Shown: positions 28,880-38,155 of the stretch, in pieces | Layout of the letters: the number at the start of each line of letters is the position of its first letter | Numbering within the stretch: position 1 is the stretch's first letter | Source of the DNA: Thermoproteota archaeon | GTDB taxonomy: Archaea; Korarchaeota; Korarchaeia; Korarchaeales; Korarchaeaceae | Reading direction: 5' to 3' | Length of the DNA: 64,000 nucleotides | Assembly: GCA_027492205.1 (NCBI GenBank) | Contig: JAOZFN010000007.1 | Span: forward strand, 187,278-251,277 | Notes under the pieces: model-generated | Seen by the model: the letters and a program-made list of their open reading frames with translations, nothing else | The model's database searches: none | What the model was told of the DNA's origin: nothing | Program-made: the position numbers and the translations under genes

Positions 28880-29308
28880 ATGGCCCGTAGAGCCGTGAGA
28901 AGGCGGAAGCTAAAGGGCGTAAAGCCGAAGGTATCGCGGGGCCTGCCCGTGATGGCTAAGCTCAAGTGCGCCGACAACACGGGCGCCAGGGTCCTTCAGA
29001 TAATAGGCGTGATTGGTTACAAGGGGAGGAAGGGCAGGCTCCCCTCCGCGAGCGTCGGAGATATGGTTGTGGTGGTGGTCAAGCAGGGCAAGCACGACCT
29101 CCTCCACAAGCCGTTCAAGGCGGTCGTGGTCAGGCAGAGGAAGCCCTTCAGGAGGAAGAGCGGGCAGTGGGTCGTGTTCGAGGACAACGCCGCCATACTG
29201 GTGAACGACGACGGGACGCCAAAGGGAAGCGAGGTCAAGGGGCCAGTCGCCAAGGAGGCCCTCGAGAAGTGGCCGACCCTTAGCGCAGTCTCGATGACGG
29301 TGGTGTGA
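28880..29308 (+). CDS. rpl14: 50S ribosomal protein uL14
   Basis: [28 protein letters not shown]. Confidence 0.97.
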   Translation: MARRAVRRRKLKGVKPKVSRGLPVMAKLKCADNTGARVLQIIGVIGYKGRKGRLPSASVGDMVVVVVKQGKHDLLHKPFKAVVVRQRKPFRRKSGQWVVFEDNAAILVNDDGTPKGSEVKGPVAKEALEKWPTLSAVSMTVV

Positions 29309-29311
29309 GGG

Positions 29312-29692
29312 ATGGCGCAGACCAGGGTTACCTCGTCCAAGCCTTCCAAGCAGCGGAAGTTCCTCTACACGGCCCCGCTGCACGTCAGGGCCAAGATTAT
29401 GGCTGCTACGCTCTCGCCCGAACTCAGGGCGAGATACGGGAGGAGATCCTTCCCCGTCAGGAAGGGAGACAAGGTCAGGGTCATGAGGGGGGACTACGCC
29501 GGGCGAGAGGGGAAGATAATCGGCGTCGACAGGGAGAAGTACAGGATACACATAGAGGGCCTGACCAGGAAGAAGGCCGACGGGACCGAGGTCCCCATCC
29601 CCATACACCCCTCCAAGGTCATGATAATCGAACTCGACCTCAGCGACGAGCGGCGGAAGGCCGCGCTCGAGAGGGGAAAGGAGGCTGAGTGA
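29312..29692 (+). CDS. rpl24: 50S ribosomal protein uL24
   Basis: KQRK...[22 protein letters not shown]. Confidence 0.97.
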   Translation: MAQTRVTSSKPSKQRKFLYTAPLHVRAKIMAATLSPELRARYGRRSFPVRKGDKVRVMRGDYAGREGKIIGVDREKYRIHIEGLTRKKADGTEVPIPIHPSKVMIIELDLSDERRKAALERGKEAE

Positions 29693-30414
29693 TCATGACG
29701 AAGAAGGGCGGAGGAAGGCACCTCAAGAGGATGAAGGCTCCGGGCTACTGGCCCATCGCCAAGAGGGAGTTCAAGTGGACCGTCAAGCCCAGGCCTGGCC
29801 CGCACCCCATTGACAGGGGCATCCCGCTCCTGATCATAGTCAGGGACATGCTCAAGCTAGCCACGACGGCGAGGGAGGCCAAGAGGATAATCCACCAGAA
29901 GGAGATCCTCGTGGACGGCAGGCCGGTCTACGACCACAAGTTCCAGGTTGGGCTCTTGGACACGATAGCAATCCCCAAGGCCGAGATGTACCTCCGCATG
30001 ACCTCCGACCCCACCAAGTTCCTCAGGCTGATCGAGATACCGGAGGAGGAGGTGGAACTCAAGGTTGTGAGGATAAAGAGGAAGACCGCCGCCAAGGGTG
30101 GGAGGATCCAGCTCACGGGCCACGACGGCAGGAACTTCCTCACCGAGCCGGGCGCGGACCTGGCCAAGGTGAGGGTCGGCGACTCCCTCCTCATCAAGGT
30201 GCCCAGCCAAGAGGTCGTCGAGGTACTGCCCCTCCGAGAGGACGCGATCGCTTTGGTCATAAGTGGAAGGCGTGCGGGCCGAATTGGGAAGATAGAGCGC
30301 ATCGCTGAGTTCGTGGAGGTGAGGGACCTCGAGGACCCGAACCTGACGTACAGGGCGCTGAAGGAGAGCCTGATCGTGGTGGGCAGGGAGGCCCCCGTCA
30401 TCAAGGTGAGGTGA
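29689..30414 (+). CDS. rps4e: 30S ribosomal protein S4e
   Basis: [25 protein letters not shown]. Confidence 0.96.
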   Translation: MIMTKKGGGRHLKRMKAPGYWPIAKREFKWTVKPRPGPHPIDRGIPLLIIVRDMLKLATTAREAKRIIHQKEILVDGRPVYDHKFQVGLLDTIAIPKAEMYLRMTSDPTKFLRLIEIPEEEVELKVVRIKRKTAAKGGRIQLTGHDGRNFLTEPGADLAKVRVGDSLLIKVPSQEVVEVLPLREDAIALVISGRRAGRIGKIERIAEFVEVRDLEDPNLTYRALKESLIVVGREAPVIKVR

Positions 30415-30421
30415 CCAGCCC

Positions 30422-30988
30422 ATGGAGTCCAGCGCGGAGAGGGTCGAAGGGGGCTACGAGGAGAAGTGGAAGAGCAACCCAATGCTTGAGCCGAGGCTCC
30501 TGGCGGTCACGCTCAACATAGCGGTTGGGAGGAGTGGTGAGGTGCTGGAGAGGGCGGCCTCTGTGCTCGAGGAGCTCACGGGTCAGAAGCCGGTACAGAG
30601 GAGGGCCAAGAGAACCATCAAGGAGTTCGGGATCAGGAAGAAGGAGCCCATCGCCGTGTCTGTGACGGTCAGGGGCAAGAAGGCCTATGACCTGCTGGAC
30701 AGGGTCGTGGAGGCAGTCGGCAGGAGAGTCAAGGCCTCGTCCTTCGACGAGTTCGGCAACTTCGCTTTCGGCATCAGGGAGCACATAGACATCCCGGGCA
30801 TGAAGTACAAGGCGGAGGTGGGAGTGTTCGGTATGGACGTCATCGTCACCATGGGCAGGGCTGGCTACAGGGTCGCGAGGAGGAGGCTCAAGAGGAGGAG
30901 GATCCCGAAGAGGCACAGGCTCACCAGGGAGGAGGCCATCGAGTACGTCAGGAAGCGCTTAAAGATCGAGGTGGTCGAGGAGGAGTGA
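30422..30988 (+). CDS. rpl5: 50S ribosomal protein uL5
   Basis: NPM, LTGQKPV, FGIRK, FDEFGNFAFGI.EHIDIPG. Confidence 0.97.
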   Translation: MESSAERVEGGYEEKWKSNPMLEPRLLAVTLNIAVGRSGEVLERAASVLEELTGQKPVQRRAKRTIKEFGIRKKEPIAVSVTVRGKKAYDLLDRVVEAVGRRVKASSFDEFGNFAFGIREHIDIPGMKYKAEVGVFGMDVIVTMGRAGYRVARRRLKRRRIPKRHRLTREEAIEYVRKRLKIEVVEEE

Positions 30989-31000
30989 GAGGTGTTGAGA

Positions 31001-31165
31001 TTGGCCAAGCCGAAGAAGAGGGTCAGGACGAGGGGAAAGGGCGCTTACGTGTGTAGGAGGTGCGGGAGGGTAGGCTACGGCATCATCAGGAAGTACGGGC
31101 TGTACCTCTGCCGGTCTTGCTTCAGGGAGGTCGCCCCCCTGATGGGGTGGAGGAAGTACGAGTAG
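31001..31165 (+). CDS. rps14: 30S ribosomal protein uS14 (Zn-binding, 54 aa)
   Basis: Below the ORF-track cutoff; TTG start, [54 protein letters not shown]. Confidence 0.95.
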   Translation: MAKPKKRVRTRGKGAYVCRRCGRVGYGIIRKYGLYLCRSCFREVAPLMGWRKYE

Positions 31166-31171
31166 TCGGGG

Positions 31172-31573
31172 GTGTTGCGCGTGACTCGGCTGGATCCACT
31201 GGCGGACGCCCTGAGCGCCCTCACAAACGCCTCCAGGCTGGGGAAGCGTGAGGTCGTAGTCCCAATAGCCTCGAAGCTCATCGGGCAGGTGCTGAGGGTC
31301 ATGCAGGAGGAAGGCTACATAGGCGAGTTCGAGTACGTCGACGACGGCAGGGCCGGCAAGTACCGGGTTAAGCTCATCGGGCGGCTCAACAAGGCGGCCG
31401 CTATCAAGCCAAGGTTCTCGGTCAAGAAGGACGAGTTCGAGGACTTCGAGCGGAGGTTCCTGCCCGCATATAACGTCGGCGCCATAGTTGTGTCCACCCC
31501 CAAGGGCGTCATGACCCACCGGAAGGCCAAGGAGCTGGGCATAGGGGGGGTGCTCCTGGCGTACTTCTACTGA
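31172..31573 (+). CDS. rps8: 30S ribosomal protein uS8
   Basis: [42 protein letters not shown]. Confidence 0.97.
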   Translation: MLRVTRLDPLADALSALTNASRLGKREVVVPIASKLIGQVLRVMQEEGYIGEFEYVDDGRAGKYRVKLIGRLNKAAAIKPRFSVKKDEFEDFERRFLPAYNVGAIVVSTPKGVMTHRKAKELGIGGVLLAYFY

Positions 31574-31589
31574 TGGAGGGTGGTGCCCA

Positions 31590-32147
31590 ATGCCTCATCC
31601 AAAGGTCGCCGTGGAAGTGCTCGTCAAGGAGGTCCCGATAGTGGAGGGGGTGGAGGTCTCCGTAGAGGGGGGCGTTATCAGGGTTAAGGGCCCCCTCGGA
31701 GAGCTGAGCAGGGAGTACGACTCCCGGATGGTGGATGTTGAGGCAGACCAAGAGGAGAAGAAGGTTATTCTCAGGACCTACAACCCGAGGAAGTTTCAGA
31801 GGGCGTACATCGGGACCGTTGCGGCCCACATCAAGAACATGATGAAGGGCGTCACGGAGGGCTTCAAGAAGGAGATGATCGTGGTCTACGCCCACTTCCC
31901 CATCAAGGTGGAGGTGGACGAGAAGAGGAGGCTCGTGCTCATCCACAACTTCCTGGGGGAGAGGAGCCCCCGAGTAGCCAAGATAGTGGGAGACGTCAAG
32001 GTCACGGTCGAGGGAGACAGGATTCGCATTGAGGGCATCTCCAAGGAGGACGTCGGTCAGACCGCTGCGAACATCAGGCAGGCCACGAGAATCAAGAGAA
32101 AGGACCCGAGAGTCTTCATGGACGGGATTTACGTGTTGGAGGAGTGA
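31590..32147 (+). CDS. rpl6: 50S ribosomal protein uL6
   Basis: VKGPLG, NMMKGVTEGF, YAHFP, NFLGE, DPRVFMDGIY. Confidence 0.97.
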   Translation: MPHPKVAVEVLVKEVPIVEGVEVSVEGGVIRVKGPLGELSREYDSRMVDVEADQEEKKVILRTYNPRKFQRAYIGTVAAHIKNMMKGVTEGFKKEMIVVYAHFPIKVEVDEKRRLVLIHNFLGERSPRVAKIVGDVKVTVEGDRIRIEGISKEDVGQTAANIRQATRIKRKDPRVFMDGIYVLEE

Positions 32148-32161
32148 GGGGGGTGAGCAAT

Positions 32162-32563
32162 ATGTCCGAAGAGGCCGCTAAGGAGCTCAAGTCCCTCAGG
32201 GAGAGGCTGAGGAAGAAGAAGCCGAGGTTCCTGAACCTGGCCAGGTGGTGGCACGAGGGCAGCGTCAAGAGCTGGAGGCGCCCGAGGGGAATCGACAACA
32301 AGCAGAGGCTCAAGCTGAAGAGCAGGCCCAAGCACCCGACCGTGGGCTACAGGAACCCTGAGGAGATCCGCGGCCTGCACCCGTCCGGGAGGAGGCCCGT
32401 GATAGTCCACAACGTGAGGGACCTCGAGGAGGCCGCGGCTTCTGGGGAGCCGGTGATAGTTTACATAGCCTCCTCCGTCGGCAGGAAGAAGAGGGTCCAG
32501 ATAGAGAGCAGGGCGCGGGAGTTGAACATGCCCATAGCCAACCCAATGCCGGGAGGGGAGTGA
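32162..32563 (+). CDS. rpl32e: 50S ribosomal protein L32e
   Basis: KKPRF, WRRPRGIDNK, GYRNP...RGLHPSG, VGRKKR. Confidence 0.95.
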   Translation: MSEEAAKELKSLRERLRKKKPRFLNLARWWHEGSVKSWRRPRGIDNKQRLKLKSRPKHPTVGYRNPEEIRGLHPSGRRPVIVHNVRDLEEAAASGEPVIVYIASSVGRKKRVQIESRARELNMPIANPMPGGE

Positions 32564-32564
32564 T

Positions 32565-33026
32565 TTGGCTGAGGAAGAGATCAGGATAAAGAGCCTGAAC
32601 TACCAGAAGAGGCTCGCCGCCAAGATAGCTGGCGTCGGCCTGGACAGGGTCAAGCTCGTCCCGGAGAGGGCCGATGAGATCGCCCAGGCCATCACCAGGA
32701 GGGACGTTGAGAGGCTCATCAGGTCCGGGGCCATCGTGATAAAGCCCGCCAGGGGAGTGAGCAGGGCCAGGGTCAGGGGGAAGAGGAAGAGGAAAGGGCC
32801 AGGCAGCAGGAAGGGCGGCAAGTACTCGACTCTGAGCAGGAAGCAGAGGTGGGTGAGGAAGGTCAGGGCCCTCAGGAGGGAGCTCAGGAGGCTCAGAAAC
32901 TCCGGAGTGCTCTCCAGACGGGAGTATCGGGAGTTCTACAGGAGGCTGTCCATGTACTCCTCGGTGAGGCACCTCAGATCGGCCCTCGAGAAGGAGCTGA
33001 AGCTCTCAGAGAGGGAGGCGCATTAA
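32565..33026 (+). CDS. rpl19e: 50S ribosomal protein L19e
   Basis: QKRLAA, TRRDV..LI..G, GPGSRKG, WVRKVRALR. Confidence 0.95.
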   Translation: MAEEEIRIKSLNYQKRLAAKIAGVGLDRVKLVPERADEIAQAITRRDVERLIRSGAIVIKPARGVSRARVRGKRKRKGPGSRKGGKYSTLSRKQRWVRKVRALRRELRRLRNSGVLSRREYREFYRRLSMYSSVRHLRSALEKELKLSEREAH

Positions 33027-33027
33027 G

Positions 33028-33666
33028 TTGGCCAGGTCTGGCAGGTACAGAGTCAAGTTCAGGCGGAGGCGCGAGGGCAAGACCGACTACAGGAGGAGGC
33101 TCGCCCTCCTGAAGGGCGGCCTCCCCCGGCTCGTAGTGAGGAGGACGAACAGGCACATCATAGTACAGCTAGTCGAGTACTCCCCTCACGGTGATAGAGT
33201 TCTAGCGCACGCCTTCTCGAAGGAGCTGAGGGAGTTTGGATGGAGGTACTCCCTCAAGAGTACGCCGGCCGCCTACCTCACCGGCTACCTGGCCGCCCTG
33301 AGGGCTAAGCGGGCTGGCGTGGGGGAGGCCGTGTTAGACATTGGCAGGCAGGCCTCCACCAGGGGCTCGAGAATCTACGCTGCCCTCAGGGGGGCGGTGG
33401 ACGCGGGCCTCCGAATTCCGCATGGGGAAGGGATCCTGCCGGACGAGAGCAGGATAAGGGGCGAACACATCGCCGAGTGGGCCGCTCAGCTCAAGGAAGA
33501 GGATCCGGAGTTCTATCAGAGGCAGTTCGCCGAGTACCTAAAGACGGGCGCTGATCCCGAGCAGATCCCAAGCGCTTTCGAGGAGGTGCTCGAGGCCATA
33601 AAGGCCTCCGCGGGAGCTGGCGATGAGGGACAGACATTAATTGAGGGTGGGGAGGAGAACTCCTGA
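33028..33666 (+). CDS. rpl18: 50S ribosomal protein uL18
   Basis: RRRREGKTDY..R, RLVVRRTN, PAAYLTG, LDIG, GAVDAGL.IPH. Confidence 0.97.
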   Translation: MARSGRYRVKFRRRREGKTDYRRRLALLKGGLPRLVVRRTNRHIIVQLVEYSPHGDRVLAHAFSKELREFGWRYSLKSTPAAYLTGYLAALRAKRAGVGEAVLDIGRQASTRGSRIYAALRGAVDAGLRIPHGEGILPDESRIRGEHIAEWAAQLKEEDPEFYQRQFAEYLKTGADPEQIPSAFEEVLEAIKASAGAGDEGQTLIEGGEENS

Positions 33667-34322
33667 TGAGCGAGATCGAGGGAGAGTGGGTTCCAAGGAC
33701 CAGGCTAGGCAGGCTGGTCGCGGAGGGGAAGATTCAGTCTATAGACGAGATCCTCCGCATGGGCGCGCCGGTAAAGGAGCCGGAGATCGTAGACGCGCTG
33801 CTGCCTGGGCTTAGAGAGGAGATAATCGAGGTGCGTAGGGTGCAGAGGCAGACTGACGCCGGCGAGCTCACTCAGCTGAGGATCGTCGTGGCGGTGGGGG
33901 ACGGCATTGACTACGTGGGGGTCGGCAAGGGTAAGGGCAGGGAGTTCAGGGACGCGTTGTCTGACGCGGTCAGGGCGGCGAAGCTGAACGTAGTGAAGGT
34001 CAGGAAGGGGTGTGGCTCTCTGGAGTGCATGTGCGGCAGGCCGCACTCGATTCCCGCGAGGGTGGAGGGAAAGGCTGGCTCAGTCAGGGTGACCCTGATG
34101 CCTGCCCCCAGGGGCCTCGGCCTGGTGGCCAACGAGGTGGCGAAGGTAGTGCTCAGCCTGGGGGGCATCAAGGACATCAGGGTGTTCTCGAGGGGAGAGA
34201 CCCGGAACAGGATGAACTACGCCTATGCGATACACGACGCGCTCAGGCGGCTCCTACTGATGACCCTCCCAACTGACTGGCGGGAGGTCAGGCTGCGCCC
34301 GCCCGAGACGACTGCTTTATAA
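33666..34322 (+). CDS. rps5: 30S ribosomal protein uS5
   Basis: WVPRTRLGRLV, EPEIVD, RKGCGS.EC.CG.PHS, PAPRGLGL. Confidence 0.97.
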   Translation: MSEIEGEWVPRTRLGRLVAEGKIQSIDEILRMGAPVKEPEIVDALLPGLREEIIEVRRVQRQTDAGELTQLRIVVAVGDGIDYVGVGKGKGREFRDALSDAVRAAKLNVVKVRKGCGSLECMCGRPHSIPARVEGKAGSVRVTLMPAPRGLGLVANEVAKVVLSLGGIKDIRVFSRGETRNRMNYAYAIHDALRRLLLMTLPTDWREVRLRPPETTAL

Positions 34323-34400
34323 CCCACTACCGGTGGCGTCGTCGGCGGGCCACAGGCGCAGCCGGGCGCTCAATGAGGCCTTGCCACGAGAGGTGGGGTT

Positions 34401-34895
34401 ATGTCCGGCAACGTTGGAGATGTGGAACCCCTGATGGCCGTGGTCAGGATTAGGGGAAGGGTTGACGTGAGGCCCGAGATCAGGAGGACCATGGAGATGC
34501 TCCACGTCAAGAGGAAGTTCTGGGCTACCATCGTGCCGGCCACCGAGAGCTACATGGGCATGCTCAGAGTCGTGAAGGACTACACCACGTATGGTGAGGT
34601 AGACAAGGACACGCTCGTGGAGCTACTCAGGAGGAGGGGCGAGCTCAGGAGCGGTGGAAGAGTCACCGACGAGTGGCTCAGGGAGAACACCGAGTTCGAT
34701 GGGGTGGATGACCTGGTCGAGGCCCTGATCTCCGGCAAGGCCAGGCTCCACAAGCTGGAATGGCTCAAGCCCTACTTCAGGCTACACCCTCCCAGCGGGG
34801 GATTTAAGAGGACGACCAAGCGGGGCTACAGGGACGGCGGAGAGCTGGGGTATAGGGGCCGCGACATCAACGCGCTCCTGAGGAGGATGATGTGA
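34401..34895 (+). CDS. rpl30: 50S ribosomal protein uL30
   Basis: AVVRIRG, FRLHPPSGG, GELGYRG.DIN.LL.RM. Confidence 0.96.
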   Translation: MSGNVGDVEPLMAVVRIRGRVDVRPEIRRTMEMLHVKRKFWATIVPATESYMGMLRVVKDYTTYGEVDKDTLVELLRRRGELRSGGRVTDEWLRENTEFDGVDDLVEALISGKARLHKLEWLKPYFRLHPPSGGFKRTTKRGYRDGGELGYRGRDINALLRRMM

Positions 34896-34896
34896 G

Positions 34897-35367
34897 ATGA
34901 GAAGCATACCCCGGAGGAAGAAGAAAACCAGGAAGTATAGGGGGAGCAGGCTCCACGGGTACGGCCTCCAGAGGCAGCACAGGAGAAGCGGCAGGGGAGG
35001 CGGCTTCGGAAAGGCCGGCGGTCACAAGCACTTCTGGACCTGGTACACTGCCTACTGGCCCGACTACTTCGGCAGGGGCCGGAGGGGCATGAAGAGGCCT
35101 AGAGCCGTCGTCAGAGAGGTCAAAGGAATAAACGTCGGCGAACTTGAATCCAGGCTCCATGAGTTGGAAGGCATGGGGGCCGTCGCTAGGGGAGAAGACG
35201 GCACCATCGAGGTAGACCTCACTAAGACGCCCTACGGCAAGGTCCTCGGCAGGGGTGAGCTGAAGACTCCGATGGTCGTGAAGGCAGCCCGATTCACCGA
35301 GAAGGCCGTCTCCAAGATCGAGGCGGCCGGAGGGAAAGCCGTCCCTGTGGAGGGGGTGGGTGAGTGA
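34897..35367 (+). CDS. rpl15: 50S ribosomal protein uL15
   Basis: RKYRGSR.HG.G, GRGG.G.AG, KVLGRG, KIEAAGG. Confidence 0.96.
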   Translation: MRSIPRRKKKTRKYRGSRLHGYGLQRQHRRSGRGGGFGKAGGHKHFWTWYTAYWPDYFGRGRRGMKRPRAVVREVKGINVGELESRLHELEGMGAVARGEDGTIEVDLTKTPYGKVLGRGELKTPMVVKAARFTEKAVSKIEAAGGKAVPVEGVGE

Positions 35368-36779
35368 GCCTCTTTAGGAGCCTGGTCGCCAGCATAAACC
35401 GAGTAATACCGGAGGTGGAGAAGCCCAAGCAGAGGCCGAGCCTCAAGGAGAGGCTGGGGTGGACAGCCGTCGTCCTGTTCATCTATTACATACTAACCGA
35501 GATTCCGATATACGGCGTCCAGACTCCCGCGACCGACATTCTGAGCGAGTTCCGGGTGATATTCGCTGGAGCCTCGGGCAGCATTGTGGAGCTCGGCATA
35601 GGCCCGGTGGTGACCGCGGGTATAGTGCTCGAGCTGCTCGTGGGCAGTAGAATCGTTCCGCTAGACCTCACGGATCCCGAGAACAGGATCTACTTCCAGC
35701 AGGCCCAGAGAGTTGCGGCACTCGCGTTCATCTTCCTGGAGAACGCGGCTTACGTCATGGGTGGGAGGTACGGGGCCGTCCCGGCCGAGGTCCCCTGGAA
35801 CATGGCCGCCGTTGTGATAGGTCAGCTGGCCCTGGGCAGCTTCCTTCTGATGATGTTAGACGACTTGGTGAGCAAGTGGGGCATCGGGAGCGGTATAAGC
35901 CTCTTCATCCTTGCGGGGGTTGCTCAGAGGGTGATCTGGGGCGCCTTCTCACCGATCAAGTACCAAGACAGGGTGGTGGGCGCCATTCCCGCGCTCATAG
36001 AGGAGGGCATCGACGCCTTCTACAGGGGAGGCGCCTTGCCGGACATGGCAGGGCTCATAGCCACGATCATAGTGTTCCTAGTCGTCGTCTGGGCTTATGA
36101 GGTCCGGGTGGAGGTTCCAATAGCCTTCTCCAGGGTCGGCGGTCAGAGGATGAGGTACCCGCTGAGGCTGCTCTACGTCAGCAACATACCCATCATCTTC
36201 ACCCAGGCCCTGTTTGGAGACGTCAGGATTGTGTCCTCAATCCTCTGGAACAAGTTCTCCACGTCGAGCAATGAAATCGTGCGGACTCTGGTCTCGCTCC
36301 TGGGAGAGTATCAAGTCAGCCCGGTCAGCGGGCAGACCATCCCGGTCGGCGGACTGATGTACTACATGACGCCACCGAATGGACCCGGCGCCGTGGCGGC
36401 CTATCCGGGTAAGGCCCTGGCCTACCTGGGGCTGTACATCCTGCTGTCGGTCGTGTTCGCAAAGGTGTGGGTGATTACCTCAGGCATGGACGCCGAGAGC
36501 GTGGCCCGCCAGTTCGTCGCCCAGGGGATGGTGGTCCCGGGAAGGAGGTCGAGTCCTAGGGTGCTCGCCGAGACGATAAAGGGGTACATCGAAGCCGTCA
36601 CCCTGCTGGGAGGCGCCCTGGTCGGCGCCCTCGCCGCTCTGGCCGACTTCAGCGGAGCCATAGGGACTGGCAGCGGCATACTCCTAGCCGTCACGATAAC
36701 GGCGTCCTTCTATGAGGTCATCGCCAAGGAGAGGGCCCTAGAGCTTTACCCGAGGCTCGCCAGGTTCCTGGGAGCGTGA
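35364..36779 (+). CDS. secY: Preprotein translocase subunit SecY
   Basis: ELGIGPVVTAG, SKWGIGSGISLFI, YPLRLLYVSNIP, GSGILLAV. Confidence 0.98.
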   Translation: MSLFRSLVASINRVIPEVEKPKQRPSLKERLGWTAVVLFIYYILTEIPIYGVQTPATDILSEFRVIFAGASGSIVELGIGPVVTAGIVLELLVGSRIVPLDLTDPENRIYFQQAQRVAALAFIFLENAAYVMGGRYGAVPAEVPWNMAAVVIGQLALGSFLLMMLDDLVSKWGIGSGISLFILAGVAQRVIWGAFSPIKYQDRVVGAIPALIEEGIDAFYRGGALPDMAGLIATIIVFLVVVWAYEVRVEVPIAFSRVGGQRMRYPLRLLYVSNIPIIFTQALFGDVRIVSSILWNKFSTSSNEIVRTLVSLLGEYQVSPVSGQTIPVGGLMYYMTPPNGPGAVAAYPGKALAYLGLYILLSVVFAKVWVITSGMDAESVARQFVAQGMVVPGRRSSPRVLAETIKGYIEAVTLLGGALVGALAALADFSGAIGTGSGILLAVTITASFYEVIAKERALELYPRLARFLGA

Positions 36780-36780
36780 G

Positions 36781-37299
36781 GTGAAAGGGGGGATGTTCGA
36801 GAGCCTCATGGACAAGCTCGCCTTCCCCCCCTACTCAATCCTCTTTATCGTAGGGATCTCCTTCGTCATCTCGGTCATCACGACGCTGGTGAGCAAGAAG
36901 ACCATCGACTACGACAAGATGAGGTACTACCGCAGAGTCGTGTCCGAGTACACGAAGCTGCAGCGAGAATACGCGCTCTCTGGGGGTGACAAGAGGTTGG
37001 CCAAGAAGCTGGAGAAAATGAAGCCAGCGTACTCGGAGGCTCAGGCAGAGATGACGAAGATGAGCATGAAGCCCATGGTGTACACCACCGTACCGCTCTT
37101 CGCGATATTCTGGGTGCTCAGGGGGTTCTACTATGAAATCCCCATCGTGAAGCTTCCCTTCGGAATTCCGATGATGGATCTGCTGCGGAGGGGGAGCTCT
37201 TTCGCCCCCGACGTGATCGGGTACGTCGGCCTCTACTTCCTGTCAAGCTTCATGTTCTCCATGATACTCCAGCGGCTCCTCGGAATATCGCTCGACTAG
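36781..37299 (+). CDS. DUF106 / EMC3-TMCO1 (Oxa1 superfamily) membrane protein
   Basis: TM-coiled coil-TM layout, MKPMVYT..P, YFLSSF; conserved position after secY. Confidence 0.85.
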   Translation: MKGGMFESLMDKLAFPPYSILFIVGISFVISVITTLVSKKTIDYDKMRYYRRVVSEYTKLQREYALSGGDKRLAKKLEKMKPAYSEAQAEMTKMSMKPMVYTTVPLFAIFWVLRGFYYEIPIVKLPFGIPMMDLLRRGSSFAPDVIGYVGLYFLSSFMFSMILQRLLGISLD

Positions 37300-37504
37300 G
37301 AGCAGAGGGACGGACCGGCCGACGGCTTGGGGGGCGGTCTCTACACTACCTCTAGGAGGGGGCCTCGAAAGCCTATGCTAGGGGGTGGATCGGCGGAAGC
37401 GATGCGCGGGGAGACGCCGGTGCAAGAGGGGCCGCGTCTCCCGAAACCCAATCCTTAAATATCCCCAAAGGACAGCCCTTAGGATCCCGGCGGAGGGCTG
37501 AGGA

Positions 37505-37819
37505 ATGCCTGAGGATCCATTCGGGCCCAGAAGAGGCTCAAAGAAGAGAAGAGTCGCCGTGAGAACTCCGGGAGGGAGGACCGTCTACCACTACAGGCAC
37601 AAGATCCACGGGAGGGCCAGGTGCGCCCTCTGCGGGAGGCCCCTGACCGGGACCCGGACGGGGCCTAGATCTGTGATGGCGAAGCTGGCCAAGAGTGAGA
37701 AGAGGCCCAACAGACCGTACGGCGGATACCTATGCTCCAAGTGCCTGAGAGAGCTCATGGTGACTCGCGCGATAAGCCTCGGCTGGGCCAGGTTATCCCC
37801 CGCCGGGGGTCTCGCCTGA
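37505..37819 (+). CDS. rpl34e: 50S ribosomal protein L34e
   Basis: VRTPGG, CALCGRPL, KRPNRPYGGYLCSKC; TTAAATAT box at 37455-37462. Confidence 0.95.
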   Translation: MPEDPFGPRRGSKKRRVAVRTPGGRTVYHYRHKIHGRARCALCGRPLTGTRTGPRSVMAKLAKSEKRPNRPYGGYLCSKCLRELMVTRAISLGWARLSPAGGLA

Positions 37820-37870
37820 GGCCCGCGCCGATGGGGGCGAGATCTGAAGCCTCGCGAGAGGTGACGGGTT

Positions 37871-38155
37871 ATGGGAGTTATCGAGGTTGGCAGGCTCTGT
37901 GTGAAGGTGGCTGGCCGTGAGGCTGGTAGGAAGTGCGTCGTCGTCCGGATCATAGACAAGAACTTCGTGGAGATCACGGGACCGAAAGAGCTGACGGGCG
38001 TGCGGCGCAGGAGGGCGAACGTCAAGCACCTCGTCCCGCTGCCCGTCAAGATCGACATCTCCGAGGGGGCTGACGACAGCGAGGTGCTCGAGGCCCTCAA
38101 GGCCACCGCCATCTACGAGGAGCTGGCGCAGGCTCGGGGAGGAGGGGGCTCTTGA
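37871..38155 (+). CDS. rpl14e: 50S ribosomal protein L14e
   Basis: EVGRLCVKVAGREAG.KCVVV..ID.NFV.ITGP...TGVRRR. Confidence 0.96.
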   Translation: MGVIEVGRLCVKVAGREAGRKCVVVRIIDKNFVEITGPKELTGVRRRRANVKHLVPLPVKIDISEGADDSEVLEALKATAIYEELAQARGGGGS

